Source: Patescibacteria group bacterium
GTDB taxonomy: Bacteria > Patescibacteriota > Patescibacteriia > Patescibacteriales > WJLG01
Assembly: GCA_041652555.1 (NCBI GenBank)
Contig: JBAZHE010000004.1
Span: 657-64,656 of the forward strand
Length of the DNA stretch: 64,000 nucleotides
Direction: 5' to 3'
The notes beneath the pieces are model-generated. The model did no database searches and had not been told where the DNA came from. It worked only from the letters and a program-made list of their open reading frames with translations. The position numbers and the translations under genes are program-made. Shown in pieces: positions 1 through 8,945 of this stretch (position 1 is the first letter of the stretch; each line of letters begins with the position of its first letter).

Positions 1-2986
1 TACGAGGGAGATAAAAGGTATTGTTATATATTTTTGTACCAGAGCTGGTCCATGCAACACTTACGGCAAAATAACTATGGGGGTTAATAAATACATTATT
101 TCTTATAATCGTGTCATCGGCGTAAGACAAAAATACTTGAGCCGTTCCCCCAACATCGCTAAAAGAATAATTATTATAAAATAAATTACCATCAATTATC
201 ACGCCAGACGGCCTTGTACCAGACCCTTTTCTAATAAAAACAAAATCTAAATGAGGACCTTCAACGTCTGGACCAGTATAGAAGTCATGTTGATATATAT
301 TATAAATCGTATTGCCGATTATAGTAACATTGACAGTCGGGCCGCTGTCTCCTACCACATCTACTCCCCACATAACATAATCGTGTATTTCGTTATTTGA
401 GATAACGGTGTTTCGAGGACCATTTACACCTATGCCACCCCCTCCTGTTCTTGTAATTTCATTATTAGATATCAAACAGTTGGTTGGCAAGTTTAATGAC
501 ATACCACCGCTAGCACATGCATTAGCATACCCATTAACTGTCGTGCTACAATCAGTATTCCAATATCCTACATTATGTATATAATTATCTTGGATAATGA
601 TATTATCATTGGTCGCCTCAAATCTTATGCCATTTGTTTTCCAAGGCTCACTACCTACTGCTAATTGTGCTTGATTTATGATTTCAAAATTTCTAATAGT
701 TATATAATTCCTAGAAGCTGTCGCAAGAAATCCTTGATAATTCGGTACAGAATTATTACCATCAATAATTGCTTTTCCTGTCCCCCAAGAACCAGAAGAG
801 TTACCATCATAAACAATAGAACTTCCAATACTTCCAGACCAATTAAGCCTAATTAAACCTATATAAGAAACGCCTCCTTTAAAAACAAGATTAGCTCCTC
901 CTGTTAAAATAGCTGAAGAAGGATTGTTAGTAGCATTAGAATCTCCCGGGCAATGCTTCCAAGGTGTAGATGTTGTCAGTCCGTTATTAGTGTCTAAACC
1001 GTTTTCATAATCTATATAATAAGTTACTAGAGTTATTAAAACTTGATCACTTAAACTACTGGAAATATTTCCTGAACTATCTTTCGCCCAAGCATAAAGG
1101 GTTTTTAATCCTTCAGTAGAAAATGTATAAGTAGTAGTTGCACTTGTTTCCCAATGAGGATCAGAAAGAGCTGGAATAGAAGCCGATTCATTTACAAGGT
1201 AACCAGCTAATCCAGAGCCTCCCGTGTCAGAAGCGGTAAATGAAGTAATATTAACAGTTAAAGAAGAAGAGGTGGCGGGAATAGCAAACAAATCAACCGT
1301 AGGAGCTATACTATCAATAGAACTATCAGTAGTAAATGTTAAGCCAGAAGAAGTGGCAATTGTGCTAGAAGCGTTAGCAGAGCTAACATAAAAATGATAT
1401 TGTGTGCTCTCGGAAAGATTATGTAACACTATAGAATGATTAGTATCCAAAGCCGAGGAAGAAGATGCTAGATTATAACCTTGGTTGGCGTCGTAATATG
1501 CTTGAGTGGCATAATAAACCATAGAGGTAGCGGCTTGATCGGTTGTCCAAGTAACAGTGGTAGTGGTAGCAGTGGTAGAGGTAGCGACACTTGTTATATT
1601 TGGAGGAATAGCTCCAGAAAAAGCTAGATCAAATGTTCCAATAGACCATGAACTTTCTGGTCTATTTATTCCAGCAATATCTTTGTTTCCCCTTGGGTTT
1701 ATCCATCTAGAGTCCAATGAAAGATTGGTGCCACTCCACTTCAACGCAGAAGCTGAACTAATATTTAAATTCTCTGAACCGGCCGTCACGTTAGAAAAAT
1801 AAGCGCCAGTACTAGTGCTGTATGCGACTTGAGCTGTTCCTAGGCTACCATCACTCGAAGCAGAGGTGGTTGTCGCTATATTGCCATGTGCCCCTCTGTA
1901 AAAATTAGCTATAGTATTATTTCCAGCATAAGAATTTTTTATAACAAATGTTTTATAATCTGCCACAGAAAATCCATAATTACTATTATTAACAGCAGAA
2001 CAATTATAACAATACACGTTATTATTGCCTACGTTTGTTACCTCAAAACCAATTTTAGAATCAAAAGCTATTACGTTATTAAACACAACCAATGGACCTC
2101 TGGTTACACTAAAAGCAGTAATAGCTCCATTATTGTTAAACGAAATAGTGTCAACAAATCTAATGTCTGTCGAGGCGCCAAGAGTATTAACGATTGCCGC
2201 AGTTCCATTACTGGCCGTATTTCTAATCTGTAGCCCCTCAATTCTTATATAGTCAACTGCAACAACTAAAGCTGCATTATAATTTGCAGAAACACTCAAG
2301 AGATATTTAGTTAAGTTCCTAACCCCAATATGTCTTTGACTAAAATTTGCCTCAGTAGAAGTGCTTATTGGTGTATATATTCTAATATAATTATTCGCAC
2401 TAGTTGTCCAATCATAAATATTAGCAGCAGTGCTATCGACTCCAGAATCATAGTAACAAGGGATATTCAAAATATAATTACCAGCAACAGTAGTTGTGGC
2501 ATTTAAATGATTAGCATTAGAGGCTCCTGGATTATCTCCGCCAACTGCAGCATTTAGACTTCTAAAAGCATGAGCTATTTTTAAAACAGTAGCTGTAGTG
2601 GTAGCTGTTGGTTGAGCGCCGAGCCTAGTAATAACATTCCAGGTAGTTGATGATACTTTGGCGGAGATATAGACGGTGGTTGTAGCACTGGCGTTGCCGT
2701 AGGATATTTGGTCACCAACACCTATATTAGTAGCGGTTTGAGCAACAGAAAATGTAGCAGTATTACCAGAAATGGTTATAGTTGGACTTCCGGTTTTGTG
2801 ATCGTTAGTGTTTTGACCGACTGAATAATAAATATTAACCTCGCCGGCAGCTTCAACATCTTTGGTTTGCCAGAGATTGTTGATGTGAGGATAGATAATT
2901 ACAGCGACAGCGAACAATGACAATCCTAGGAGTGATAGGAGGAGTGTTCGAGGTTTGAATGAGAGAGATTTTTTGATTTTGAACAT
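1..2986 (-). CDS. Secreted or anchored right-handed parallel beta-helix repeat protein with Fn3-like module; 3' end runs off the window
   Basis: Absent from the ORF track because no stop lies inside the window. Manual minus-strand translation from ATG (2986-2984) gives MFKIKKSLSFKPRTLLLSLLGLSLFAVAVIIYPH (signal/anchor), then an open frame to position 2. It contains TTVTWTTDQAATSMVYY (Fn3-like) and beta-helix turns (ISNNEITRTGGGGIGV, VISNNEIHDYVMWGVDV). Plus-strand ORFs 665-2252 are antisense shadows. Confidence 0.7.
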   Translation of the reverse strand, partial: MFKIKKSLSFKPRTLLLSLLGLSLFAVAVIIYPHINNLWQTKDVEAAGEVNIYYSVGQNTNDHKTGSPTITISGNTATFSVAQTATNIGVGDQISYGNASATTTVYISAKVSSTTWNVITRLGAQPTATTTATVLKIAHAFRSLNAAVGGDNPGASNANHLNATTTVAGNYILNIPCYYDSGVDSTAANIYDWTTSANNYIRIYTPISTSTEANFSQRHIGVRNLTKYLLSVSANYNAALVVAVDYIRIEGLQIRNTASNGTAAIVNTLGASTDIRFVDTISFNNNGAITAFSVTRGPLVVFNNVIAFDSKIGFEVTNVGNNNVYCYNCSAVNNSNYGFSVADYKTFVIKNSYAGNNTIANFYRGAHGNIATTTSASSDGSLGTAQVAYSTSTGAYFSNVTAGSENLNISSASALKWSGTNLSLDSRWINPRGNKDIAGINRPESSWSIGTFDLAFSGAIPPNITSVATSTTATTTTVTWTTDQAATSMVYYATQAYYDANQGYNLASSSSALDTNHSIVLHNLSESTQYHFYVSSANASSTIATSSGLTFTTDSSIDSIAPTVDLFAIPATSSSLTVNITSFTASDTGGSGLAGYLVNESASIPALSDPHWETSATTTYTFSTEGLKTLYAWAKDSSGNISSSLSDQVLITLVTYYIDYENGLDTNNGLTTSTPWKHCPGDSNATNNPSSAILTGGANLVFKGGVSYIGLIRLNWSGSIGSSIVYDGNSSGSWGTGKAIIDGNNSVPNYQGFLATASRNYITIRNFEIINQAQLAVGSEPWKTNGIRFEATNDNIIIQDNYIHNVGYWNTDCSTTVNGYANACASGGMSLNLPTNCLISNNEITRTGGGGIGVNGPRNTVISNNEIHDYVMWGVDVVGDSGPTVNVTIIGNTIYNIYQHDFYTGPDVEGPHLDFVFIRKGSGTRPSGVIIDGNLFYNNYSFSDVGGTAQVFLSYADDTIIRNNVFINPHSYFAVSVAWTSSGTKIYNNTFYLPR

Positions 2987-3047
2987 ATTTTTTAAAATTA
3001 TTTTATTGGTTTATTTTTGATTTAACTTATTCTATGCCCCGAGCTTT

Positions 3048-3097
3048 ACACACCCCGTCTCGGAGTACCGAGCCACCCCTCTTACTAGAGGGGATTT
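3048..3097. repeat. Palindromic ~50-nt element, intergenic copy (second copy lies inside ligA)
   Basis: Blocks ACACACCCCGTCTCG (3048-3062), GCCACCCCTCTT (3072-3083) and CTAGAGGGGATTT (3085-3097) recur in the same order at 33737-33785. Contains the hairpin CCCCTCT-tact-AGAGGGG. Confidence 0.7.
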
Positions 3098-3195
3098 AAA
3101 ACAACAAAAAAACATCGTTTTAAAAAACAATGTCATTGTTAGGTGATAATGATGATGGGTGGGAATTAGAAAATTCTGAGGAAGAGTTTTTAGTG

Positions 3196-3204
3196 CCCCC
3201 CCCC
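3196..3204. repeat. Homopolymeric C9 tract (G9 on minus strand) about 210 nt upstream of the beta-helix protein gene
   Basis: tagtgCCCCCCCCCtggaat read directly; unusual in this AT-rich sequence. Confidence 0.9.
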
Positions 3205-3302
3205 TGGAATTATTTCAATAATATTCAAGTGGGATGCTTTCATTATTATATCTTTTTTTATTTTATTTTTTTATTCTTTGTTATATTATAGCACAAAAAA
3301 AA

Positions 3303-3833
3303 TTATTTGCTAATTTTTTTATTTTTTCTGACTATTGACAAAAAATTTTCTTTATTTACTATCTTTTTACCAGTTTTTTGCTCCAATTCCAAGCGCGCAT
3401 TCTTAGCAATTTTTCCGCCCTTTTTTGCTGGAATTTTATTTTCTATTAAACCTTTAGCTTGCATCGTTTCGGCAATCTGACGAGTTGAAAGTTCTGCCAA
3501 GGCGGTAAAAACTAATTCGGCGTCAGACATATGGTCACGCAAATTTTCTGTTTTCAAACTTTTTAAATCTTTATGCTCTTAAACCGTTAAATCGCTCCAT
3601 TCTTGATGAATAATATTCGTCAAAATAGCATATTCATCTTCTTCTTTTACTTCATTATCTTTCCAGTAATCTGTCAGCTTATTCCAATACTTTCTTGCTG
3701 TCTGAAAATCTTTTTGGTCGGTTAAAACAGCGATAATATCCACCACGCTAAAATACCACTTTTCCTGTTTTTCATCCCAAGAACGGCGCACCGGTTGATC
3801 TTCAAAAATTGCCATTTGTTTTTCGTTGGTCAT
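3303..3833 (-). pseudogene. Bro-N / DinD-like (DNA-damage-inducible protein D family) gene interrupted by an in-frame TAA
   Basis: ORFs 3579-3833 and 3303-3557 share one frame and are separated only by TAA at 3579-3581: ...IIHQEWSDLTV*EHKDLKSLKTENLRDHMSDAELVF. The N-terminal part (FEDQPVRRSWDEKQEKWYFSVVDIIAVLT) and C-terminal part (NLRDHM..ELVFT..AKKGGKIAKNARLELEQKTGKK) match my memory of this family. Total length looks shorter than typical members. Confidence 0.55.
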
Positions 3834-3964
3834 AAATTTTGATTATTATTATCTAAAATATTACCTTCCCGAAATTTTTATCCTTATTTTTTTATTATAA
3901 TATTGCTTGAAAAAAAACAAAAATCAGGTAGACTACCTGATTTTAAATTATGTCTTGTATTTTA

Positions 3965-5338
3965 TTAGAAACCTTTCCAGCCAGTTGAACTATGAGAAGC
4001 TGGGCGGCGAGAAAATGATCGCCCCCTGGACTGCGGAGCTGCTGAAGATCGAGGGCCGAATTTTTTTTCTTTATTAACCCGTGTCGGGCGTTCAGCTTGA
4101 TTATCGCGGCGAGTAAATTTCTTCTCTGAACGAAAAGACGAATTTGATCTGCCAAAACTTCTTCCCGTTACCCTTCTTTGTCCAAAACTTTTTTGGCCGA
4201 AAGAAACAGCGTGTAGAGGAGAAATCTCTCTTAATGGTATGACTTTTTTTACTAATCTTTCAATTTCTTTAATTTCGCGCGCCTGCATTGGGTCAGCGAA
4301 AGAAATCGCTTTACCAGATTTTCCGGCGCGAGCGGTGCGGCCGATGCGATGAACATAATCATTAGCATCATCAGGCAAATCATAATTAACAACCAATTCA
4401 ATTCCGGAAACATCAATGCCGCGCGCGGCAATATCAGTCGCAATCAAAACGCGATAACGGCCGGCGCGAAAACCATCCAAGGCTTTACGACGCTGAATTT
4501 GCGAACGATTGGAATGAATTTCCGTGGCTTGATAACCCATTAAAGAAATTTTTCCGGTTAAATTAGCAACGCTGTGTTTAGTGCGACAAAAAATCAATAC
4601 TGCCCCGGAATATTCATGCAAAAGAATTTCTAGTTGCGCCAGCTTGGAATTTTTTTCCACAATAAAAATTTCCTGATCAATATTAGTCGCTGTCGTACCA
4701 GACGCCGCTACCTCCACCCGCAAAGGTGAAGCCATATATTTATTAGCCAGCTTAATGATTTCTGTCGGCATAGTCGCAGAAAAAAGCATAGTCTGCCGTT
4801 CCTTGGGAATATTTTCTAAAATTCTTTCAATTTGTGGCATAAAGCCCATATCTAACATCATATCCGCTTCGTCCAAAACTAAAATTTTTACATCATTTAG
4901 CTTAACCGTATGACGCTCTAAATGATCATTTAAACGGCCAGGGGTGGCCACAATAATATGTGGTAAACGACGTAATTCACTGATCTGGCGATTAATATTT
5001 TCTCCACCAATTAAAACTGCCGTGCGCAAACCAAGCGCCGCGCCATATTTGCGAAGACTTTCATCAACCTGTACAGCTAATTCACGTGTCGGCAAAAGCA
5101 CTAAGCCGCGGCCTTTATACAAAGCCAAGCGCTGTAACATTGGGATAGCAAAAGCCAATGTCTTCCCGGTCCCTGTTTGGGCGACACCGAGTAAGTCCTT
5201 GCCCAAAATAGCCACCGGGATAGATTCACGCTGGATTGGTGTTGGATTTTTTAAACCAGCCTTAGCGATTGCTTGCAAAAGCTTTTCTGCAATGCCTAAA
5301 CCGTCGAAACCGGAGTTTTCTTGTTTTTTTTCTGTCAT
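3965..5338 (-). CDS. DEAD-box ATP-dependent RNA helicase with Arg/Ser-rich C-terminal tail
   Basis: Q motif TPIQ, Walker A AQTGTGKT, VLDEADMMLD, SAT, HRIGRTARAG. The track start at 5491 is a non-ATG upstream extension. ATG at 5338 (MTEKKQENSGF) sits just before the Q motif. Confidence 0.9.
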   Translation of the reverse strand: MTEKKQENSGFDGLGIAEKLLQAIAKAGLKNPTPIQRESIPVAILGKDLLGVAQTGTGKTLAFAIPMLQRLALYKGRGLVLLPTRELAVQVDESLRKYGAALGLRTAVLIGGENINRQISELRRLPHIIVATPGRLNDHLERHTVKLNDVKILVLDEADMMLDMGFMPQIERILENIPKERQTMLFSATMPTEIIKLANKYMASPLRVEVAASGTTATNIDQEIFIVEKNSKLAQLEILLHEYSGAVLIFCRTKHSVANLTGKISLMGYQATEIHSNRSQIQRRKALDGFRAGRYRVLIATDIAARGIDVSGIELVVNYDLPDDANDYVHRIGRTARAGKSGKAISFADPMQAREIKEIERLVKKVIPLREISPLHAVSFGQKSFGQRRVTGRSFGRSNSSFRSEKKFTRRDNQAERPTRVNKEKKFGPRSSAAPQSRGRSFSRRPASHSSTGWKGF

Positions 5339-5559
5339 AAATTTTGTAAAATTTTTGAGGTTTATAAACCAATAATAGGCAATAAACTCAAAAAGTGACC
5401 CGATTCTCGAAAATTGCCTATTGAGTGGCAGATAATCAGCAAGGTCACTTACAAAAATGTTATGACGATGAGAGATTCGAATCTTAGCCAATAAAATCAG
5501 CTAAATTAATAATAGCGTTATACTAGCACAAAAAAATTATTATGTCAAACGGTCATTTT

Positions 5560-7713
5560 CTAACCGTTAATCAAAACCCTAACCAGCCTTATTCTGTCAT
5601 AAGAATATTCTCCGTTAAATTTTTCAAAAATCGGCTTAAGTTTTTCATCACCAAGCTCAACAAAGGATTCTTTTATTTTATTATAACTATCCAGCGGCAA
5701 CTTTAAATATTCTAAATCCAATCGCTCACCGGCGTCTATCATTTTCTCTATATGGTTAACAACTGTCGGAACTTTAACATCTTGATGCTTGGCGATTCTT
5801 TCTATAGGTATTTTTTTAATCAAAAGTTCTCTGGTCTTGGCGTAGAATTGCGGATTTCCTATCAGCATTTTTATAATTCTTTCTTCTCTTATTGTTTTAT
5901 CCTTCACCGACACTTCCGCCTTTGAAATATTATGGCTCTTCATAAAATTTCCAATGCGCGCTAAAAATATTTCACCGTATTGCTCAAGTTTTTTCGCTCC
6001 AACTCCGCTAATACTTAAAAACTCTTCCTCGCTTAGGGGAAAATAGTAAGCCATTTCCTGCAAAGATGCGTCGCCAAAAATAATAAACGGCGGAACATCA
6101 GCCTTGTTAGCGAATTCTTTACGCAAAGCCCGGAGCTCGTCAAACAATTCTTGATTATAATCAACCTCGCCTTGCTTAACTTTTTTCGCCGTCACCATAT
6201 CAGCTCGGGGTTTTGCCAATTCCAACTCCTCATTATTTTTTAAAAAAATAAGCCCTTGGCGCGCAACGCGAAGAGTCGGATACTCCCCTTCATTTTTTAA
6301 CAAATATCCCTGATTAACCAGCTGATTAATAATTTGCGCCAAGCCGTTCTCGGAAAAATCTTTTACTATTCCAAACACTGACAACTCATGATGATTATTT
6401 CTTTTCACTTTTTGAGTGGCCTTGCCCAACAAAACATCAACAATATAATTTTTCCCAAAACGATTTTCAGTTCTTAAAATGGCGGAAATAATTTTTTGCG
6501 CCACTATTTTGGCCGAGAATTTTTCTTTTGGAGTTAAGCAAACATCACAGCCACCGCAATTATCATTTTTCAATTCTTCTCCAAAATATTTAAGCAAATA
6601 TTTTTTACGACAAGTATCAAGATCGCCATAATTTAAAACCTCGGCTAATTTTTCTTCAGCCATTCTCCGCAAATTATTATCTTCTATTTGATTGATAAAA
6701 AACTGATGCTTGCGCGTATCGGCGTAAGTATAAAACATCACGCATTCGCTTGGAAGCCCGTCGCGTCCGGCGCGACCGATTTCTTGATAATAGCCCTCTA
6801 GCGTTTTTGGAAAAGTATAATGCACCACCAAACGAACATCTGATTTATCTATTCCCATACCAAAAGCAATCGTCGCCACGATAATATCCACTTTATCTTT
6901 TATAAAAAGGTCTTGGGTTATTTTTCTTTCCCGATTATCAAGTCCGGCATGATAGGCGCGAGCGCTAAAATTATTTAGCTTTAAATTTTTCACCAAATCT
7001 TCAGTCTCTTTTCTGGAAAAACAATAAATAATCACCGATTCATTTTTATATTGATCCAATAATTTAACCAACTTAGGGAAAGCTTCTTTTTTTTCAATAA
7101 CACTAATTTTTAAATTCTCCCGGTTAAAACTGGAAATAAAAACCTTGGCCTTGGCCAAATTCAACTGCTTTAAAATATCCGCACGGACTCTCTCGGTAGC
7201 CGTAGCGGTTAAAGCAATAATCGGCACACCGGCAAAGACTTTTTTAAGCGCTCCTAAACTGCGATAATCAGGACGAAAATCATGCCCCCACTCGGAAATA
7301 CAATGAGCCTCATCAACCGCAACTAAACTAATCTCTAGACTTTTTAAAAATTCCTGAAAAGAAGACAGGGCGAATCTTTCCGGCGCAATATAAAGTAATT
7401 TTACACTCCCCTGTTTTATTTTTCTATAAACACTATTAATTTCATCCGATGTTAAGCTGGAATTAATAAACTCTGCCCCGATTCCGCACTCCCGCATAGA
7501 ATCAACCTGGTCTTTCATTAAGGCTATCAGAGGAGAAATAACTAAAGTAACGCCATAAAGTTTCAAAGCTGGCAACTGAAAACAAAGCGACTTACCGCCA
7601 CCGGTTGGCATCAAAACAAAACTATCACTCCCGGCTAGAACATTATTAATAATCTCCTCCTGTAAAGGACGAAATTCATCATGACCGAAATATTGTTTCA
7701 ATAATTTTTTCAT
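5560..7713 (-). CDS. recQ: ATP-dependent DNA helicase RecQ
   Basis: FGHDEFRPLQEEII, MPTGGGKSLCFQLPA, DEAHCISEWGHDFRPDY, a Cys cluster (CGGCDVC) and an HRDC-like segment (LFDELRALRKEFANKADVPPFIIFGDASLQEMA). Confidence 0.92.
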   Translation of the reverse strand: MKKLLKQYFGHDEFRPLQEEIINNVLAGSDSFVLMPTGGGKSLCFQLPALKLYGVTLVISPLIALMKDQVDSMRECGIGAEFINSSLTSDEINSVYRKIKQGSVKLLYIAPERFALSSFQEFLKSLEISLVAVDEAHCISEWGHDFRPDYRSLGALKKVFAGVPIIALTATATERVRADILKQLNLAKAKVFISSFNRENLKISVIEKKEAFPKLVKLLDQYKNESVIIYCFSRKETEDLVKNLKLNNFSARAYHAGLDNRERKITQDLFIKDKVDIIVATIAFGMGIDKSDVRLVVHYTFPKTLEGYYQEIGRAGRDGLPSECVMFYTYADTRKHQFFINQIEDNNLRRMAEEKLAEVLNYGDLDTCRKKYLLKYFGEELKNDNCGGCDVCLTPKEKFSAKIVAQKIISAILRTENRFGKNYIVDVLLGKATQKVKRNNHHELSVFGIVKDFSENGLAQIINQLVNQGYLLKNEGEYPTLRVARQGLIFLKNNEELELAKPRADMVTAKKVKQGEVDYNQELFDELRALRKEFANKADVPPFIIFGDASLQEMAYYFPLSEEEFLSISGVGAKKLEQYGEIFLARIGNFMKSHNISKAEVSVKDKTIREERIIKMLIGNPQFYAKTRELLIKKIPIERIAKHQDVKVPTVVNHIEKMIDAGERLDLEYLKLPLDSYNKIKESFVELGDEKLKPIFEKFNGEYSYDRIRLVRVLING

Positions 7714-7783
7714 TTATTCAAGCTAATTTAAAACATTAACAGTATATCAAAAATCTCAACATAATTTAAGTCCAAAATTATCA

Positions 7784-7814
7784 GCAAAAAACAACCGTTA
7801 CTACGGTTGCTTTT
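7784..7814 (-). terminator. Rho-independent terminator downstream of the MscS-type gene (possibly bidirectional)
   Basis: Stem CAACCGT / ACGGTTG (7792-7798 / 7803-7809), loop tact, A-run on the plus side (T-run on minus) and tttt after it. Confidence 0.6.
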
Positions 7815-7904
7815 ACGAAGAGTGTGGTATGGAGTTGGAATGATTTTACCTGTCTATTCTAAACTTAAAAAGTTTTAATTCCAAGCCTAACCAAAAAACA
7901 AAAA

Positions 7905-8762
7905 TTAATTTTTCGCCTGATGATTAACCTGTTGCGGGAAAGGAATCTCTATCCCTTCTTTATCAAAAGCAATCTTTAATCTTTTTCTTAATTCTCCAGC
8001 AACATCCCATTGTTTAATCGGCTGAGTATCACCAAGAATTTTAATAATAATCGCTGAATCGCCAAAATCATCAACCCGCAAAAATTGCGGCGCCTTAATA
8101 ATAGATTCTTTCCAAGCCAGATCGTCAGCTAAATCCTGACCAACTTTATTCACCACAGAAATAACCTGCTCAAGATTAGAACTATAAGAAACACCAATAT
8201 TTAAATTTACCCGGGAATAAAACTTAGAAAGATTGGAAACTTTTTTTATTTCTCCATGCGGAACATGATGAACCGTGCCGTCTAAATCGCGAAGAGTGGT
8301 CATTCGCAAGCTTATATCTTCAACTTGTCCGCAAGTGCCGTCAAAACAAACAACATCGCCAACTCGATATTGATTTTCTAAAACAATAAACAACCCACTA
8401 ATTACATCACGAATAAGATATTGACCTCCAAAACCAAGGGCTAAACCAGCAATTCCGGCAGCGGCTAAAAGCGGGCCAATTGCCAAACCAAATTCCTGGA
8501 GAATCATTAAAATAGCAATAATAAAAACAACTATATTTGAAGTGGCTGAAAAAATTCTAATTAAAGTGTCTTCGCGCTTTTTTTCCGCCTCTTTAGTTAA
8601 AAAATGATCAGCAATAACAACTTTTCTAATAAGCTTTTCAATAAAAATTTTGCCAAACCTGCTAAAAAGCCAAGCGGCTAAAAAAATAGATAAAATTTTA
8701 AAACCATGTTCCAAAAGCCATGGGGTGATATTTTGCATAATTGTTTGAATTAACTTTTCCAT
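7905..8762 (-). CDS. Small-conductance mechanosensitive channel (MscS family)
   Basis: N-terminal TM helices followed by GDVVCFDGTCGQVEDISLRMTTLRDLDGTVHHVPHGEI, the typical MscS beta-domain signature. Confidence 0.8.
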   Translation of the reverse strand: MEKLIQTIMQNITPWLLEHGFKILSIFLAAWLFSRFGKIFIEKLIRKVVIADHFLTKEAEKKREDTLIRIFSATSNIVVFIIAILMILQEFGLAIGPLLAAAGIAGLALGFGGQYLIRDVISGLFIVLENQYRVGDVVCFDGTCGQVEDISLRMTTLRDLDGTVHHVPHGEIKKVSNLSKFYSRVNLNIGVSYSSNLEQVISVVNKVGQDLADDLAWKESIIKAPQFLRVDDFGDSAIIIKILGDTQPIKQWDVAGELRKRLKIAFDKEGIEIPFPQQVNHQAKN

Positions 8763-8892
8763 ATATTTTATCTTGAATTTTATAAAAATTAAGTATTCTA
8801 CTCCTTTTTGTTTATTATCTTACTAATCGATGAATAATGCAAGCCTAAATATTTAGATATAAAGGCTAAGTATATTCATCCCAATAAAAATT

Positions 8893-8901
8893 TGCTATAA
8901 T
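8893..8901 (+). promoter_or_regulatory. Extended -10 promoter element (TGcTATAAT) upstream of the 781-aa surface protein gene
   Basis: tttGCTATAAT read directly, about 45 nt upstream of the start region. No clear -35. Confidence 0.35.
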
Positions 8902-8945
8902 AAATAATGGTTAGTGTTTAATAAATTTAGTGTCTAATAAGCAAG

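Noticed and set aside
665-2252. Four plus-strand ORFs (63-115 aa) in the first 2.3 kb
   Set aside because: They lie antisense to a continuous open minus-strand frame (1-2986) encoding a coherent beta-helix/Fn3 protein. Their sequences are low-complexity (Ile/Ser/Asn-rich) shadows.
5339-5491. Long N-terminal extensions in the ORF track (helicase 5491, MTase 23969, MNT 45188, rSAM 20542, 60692, 37945, 37325, 19176)
   Set aside because: These start at GTG/TTG codons without an SD and overlap promoters, hairpins or upstream genes. Internal ATG/GTG starts with better context precede the first conserved motifs.
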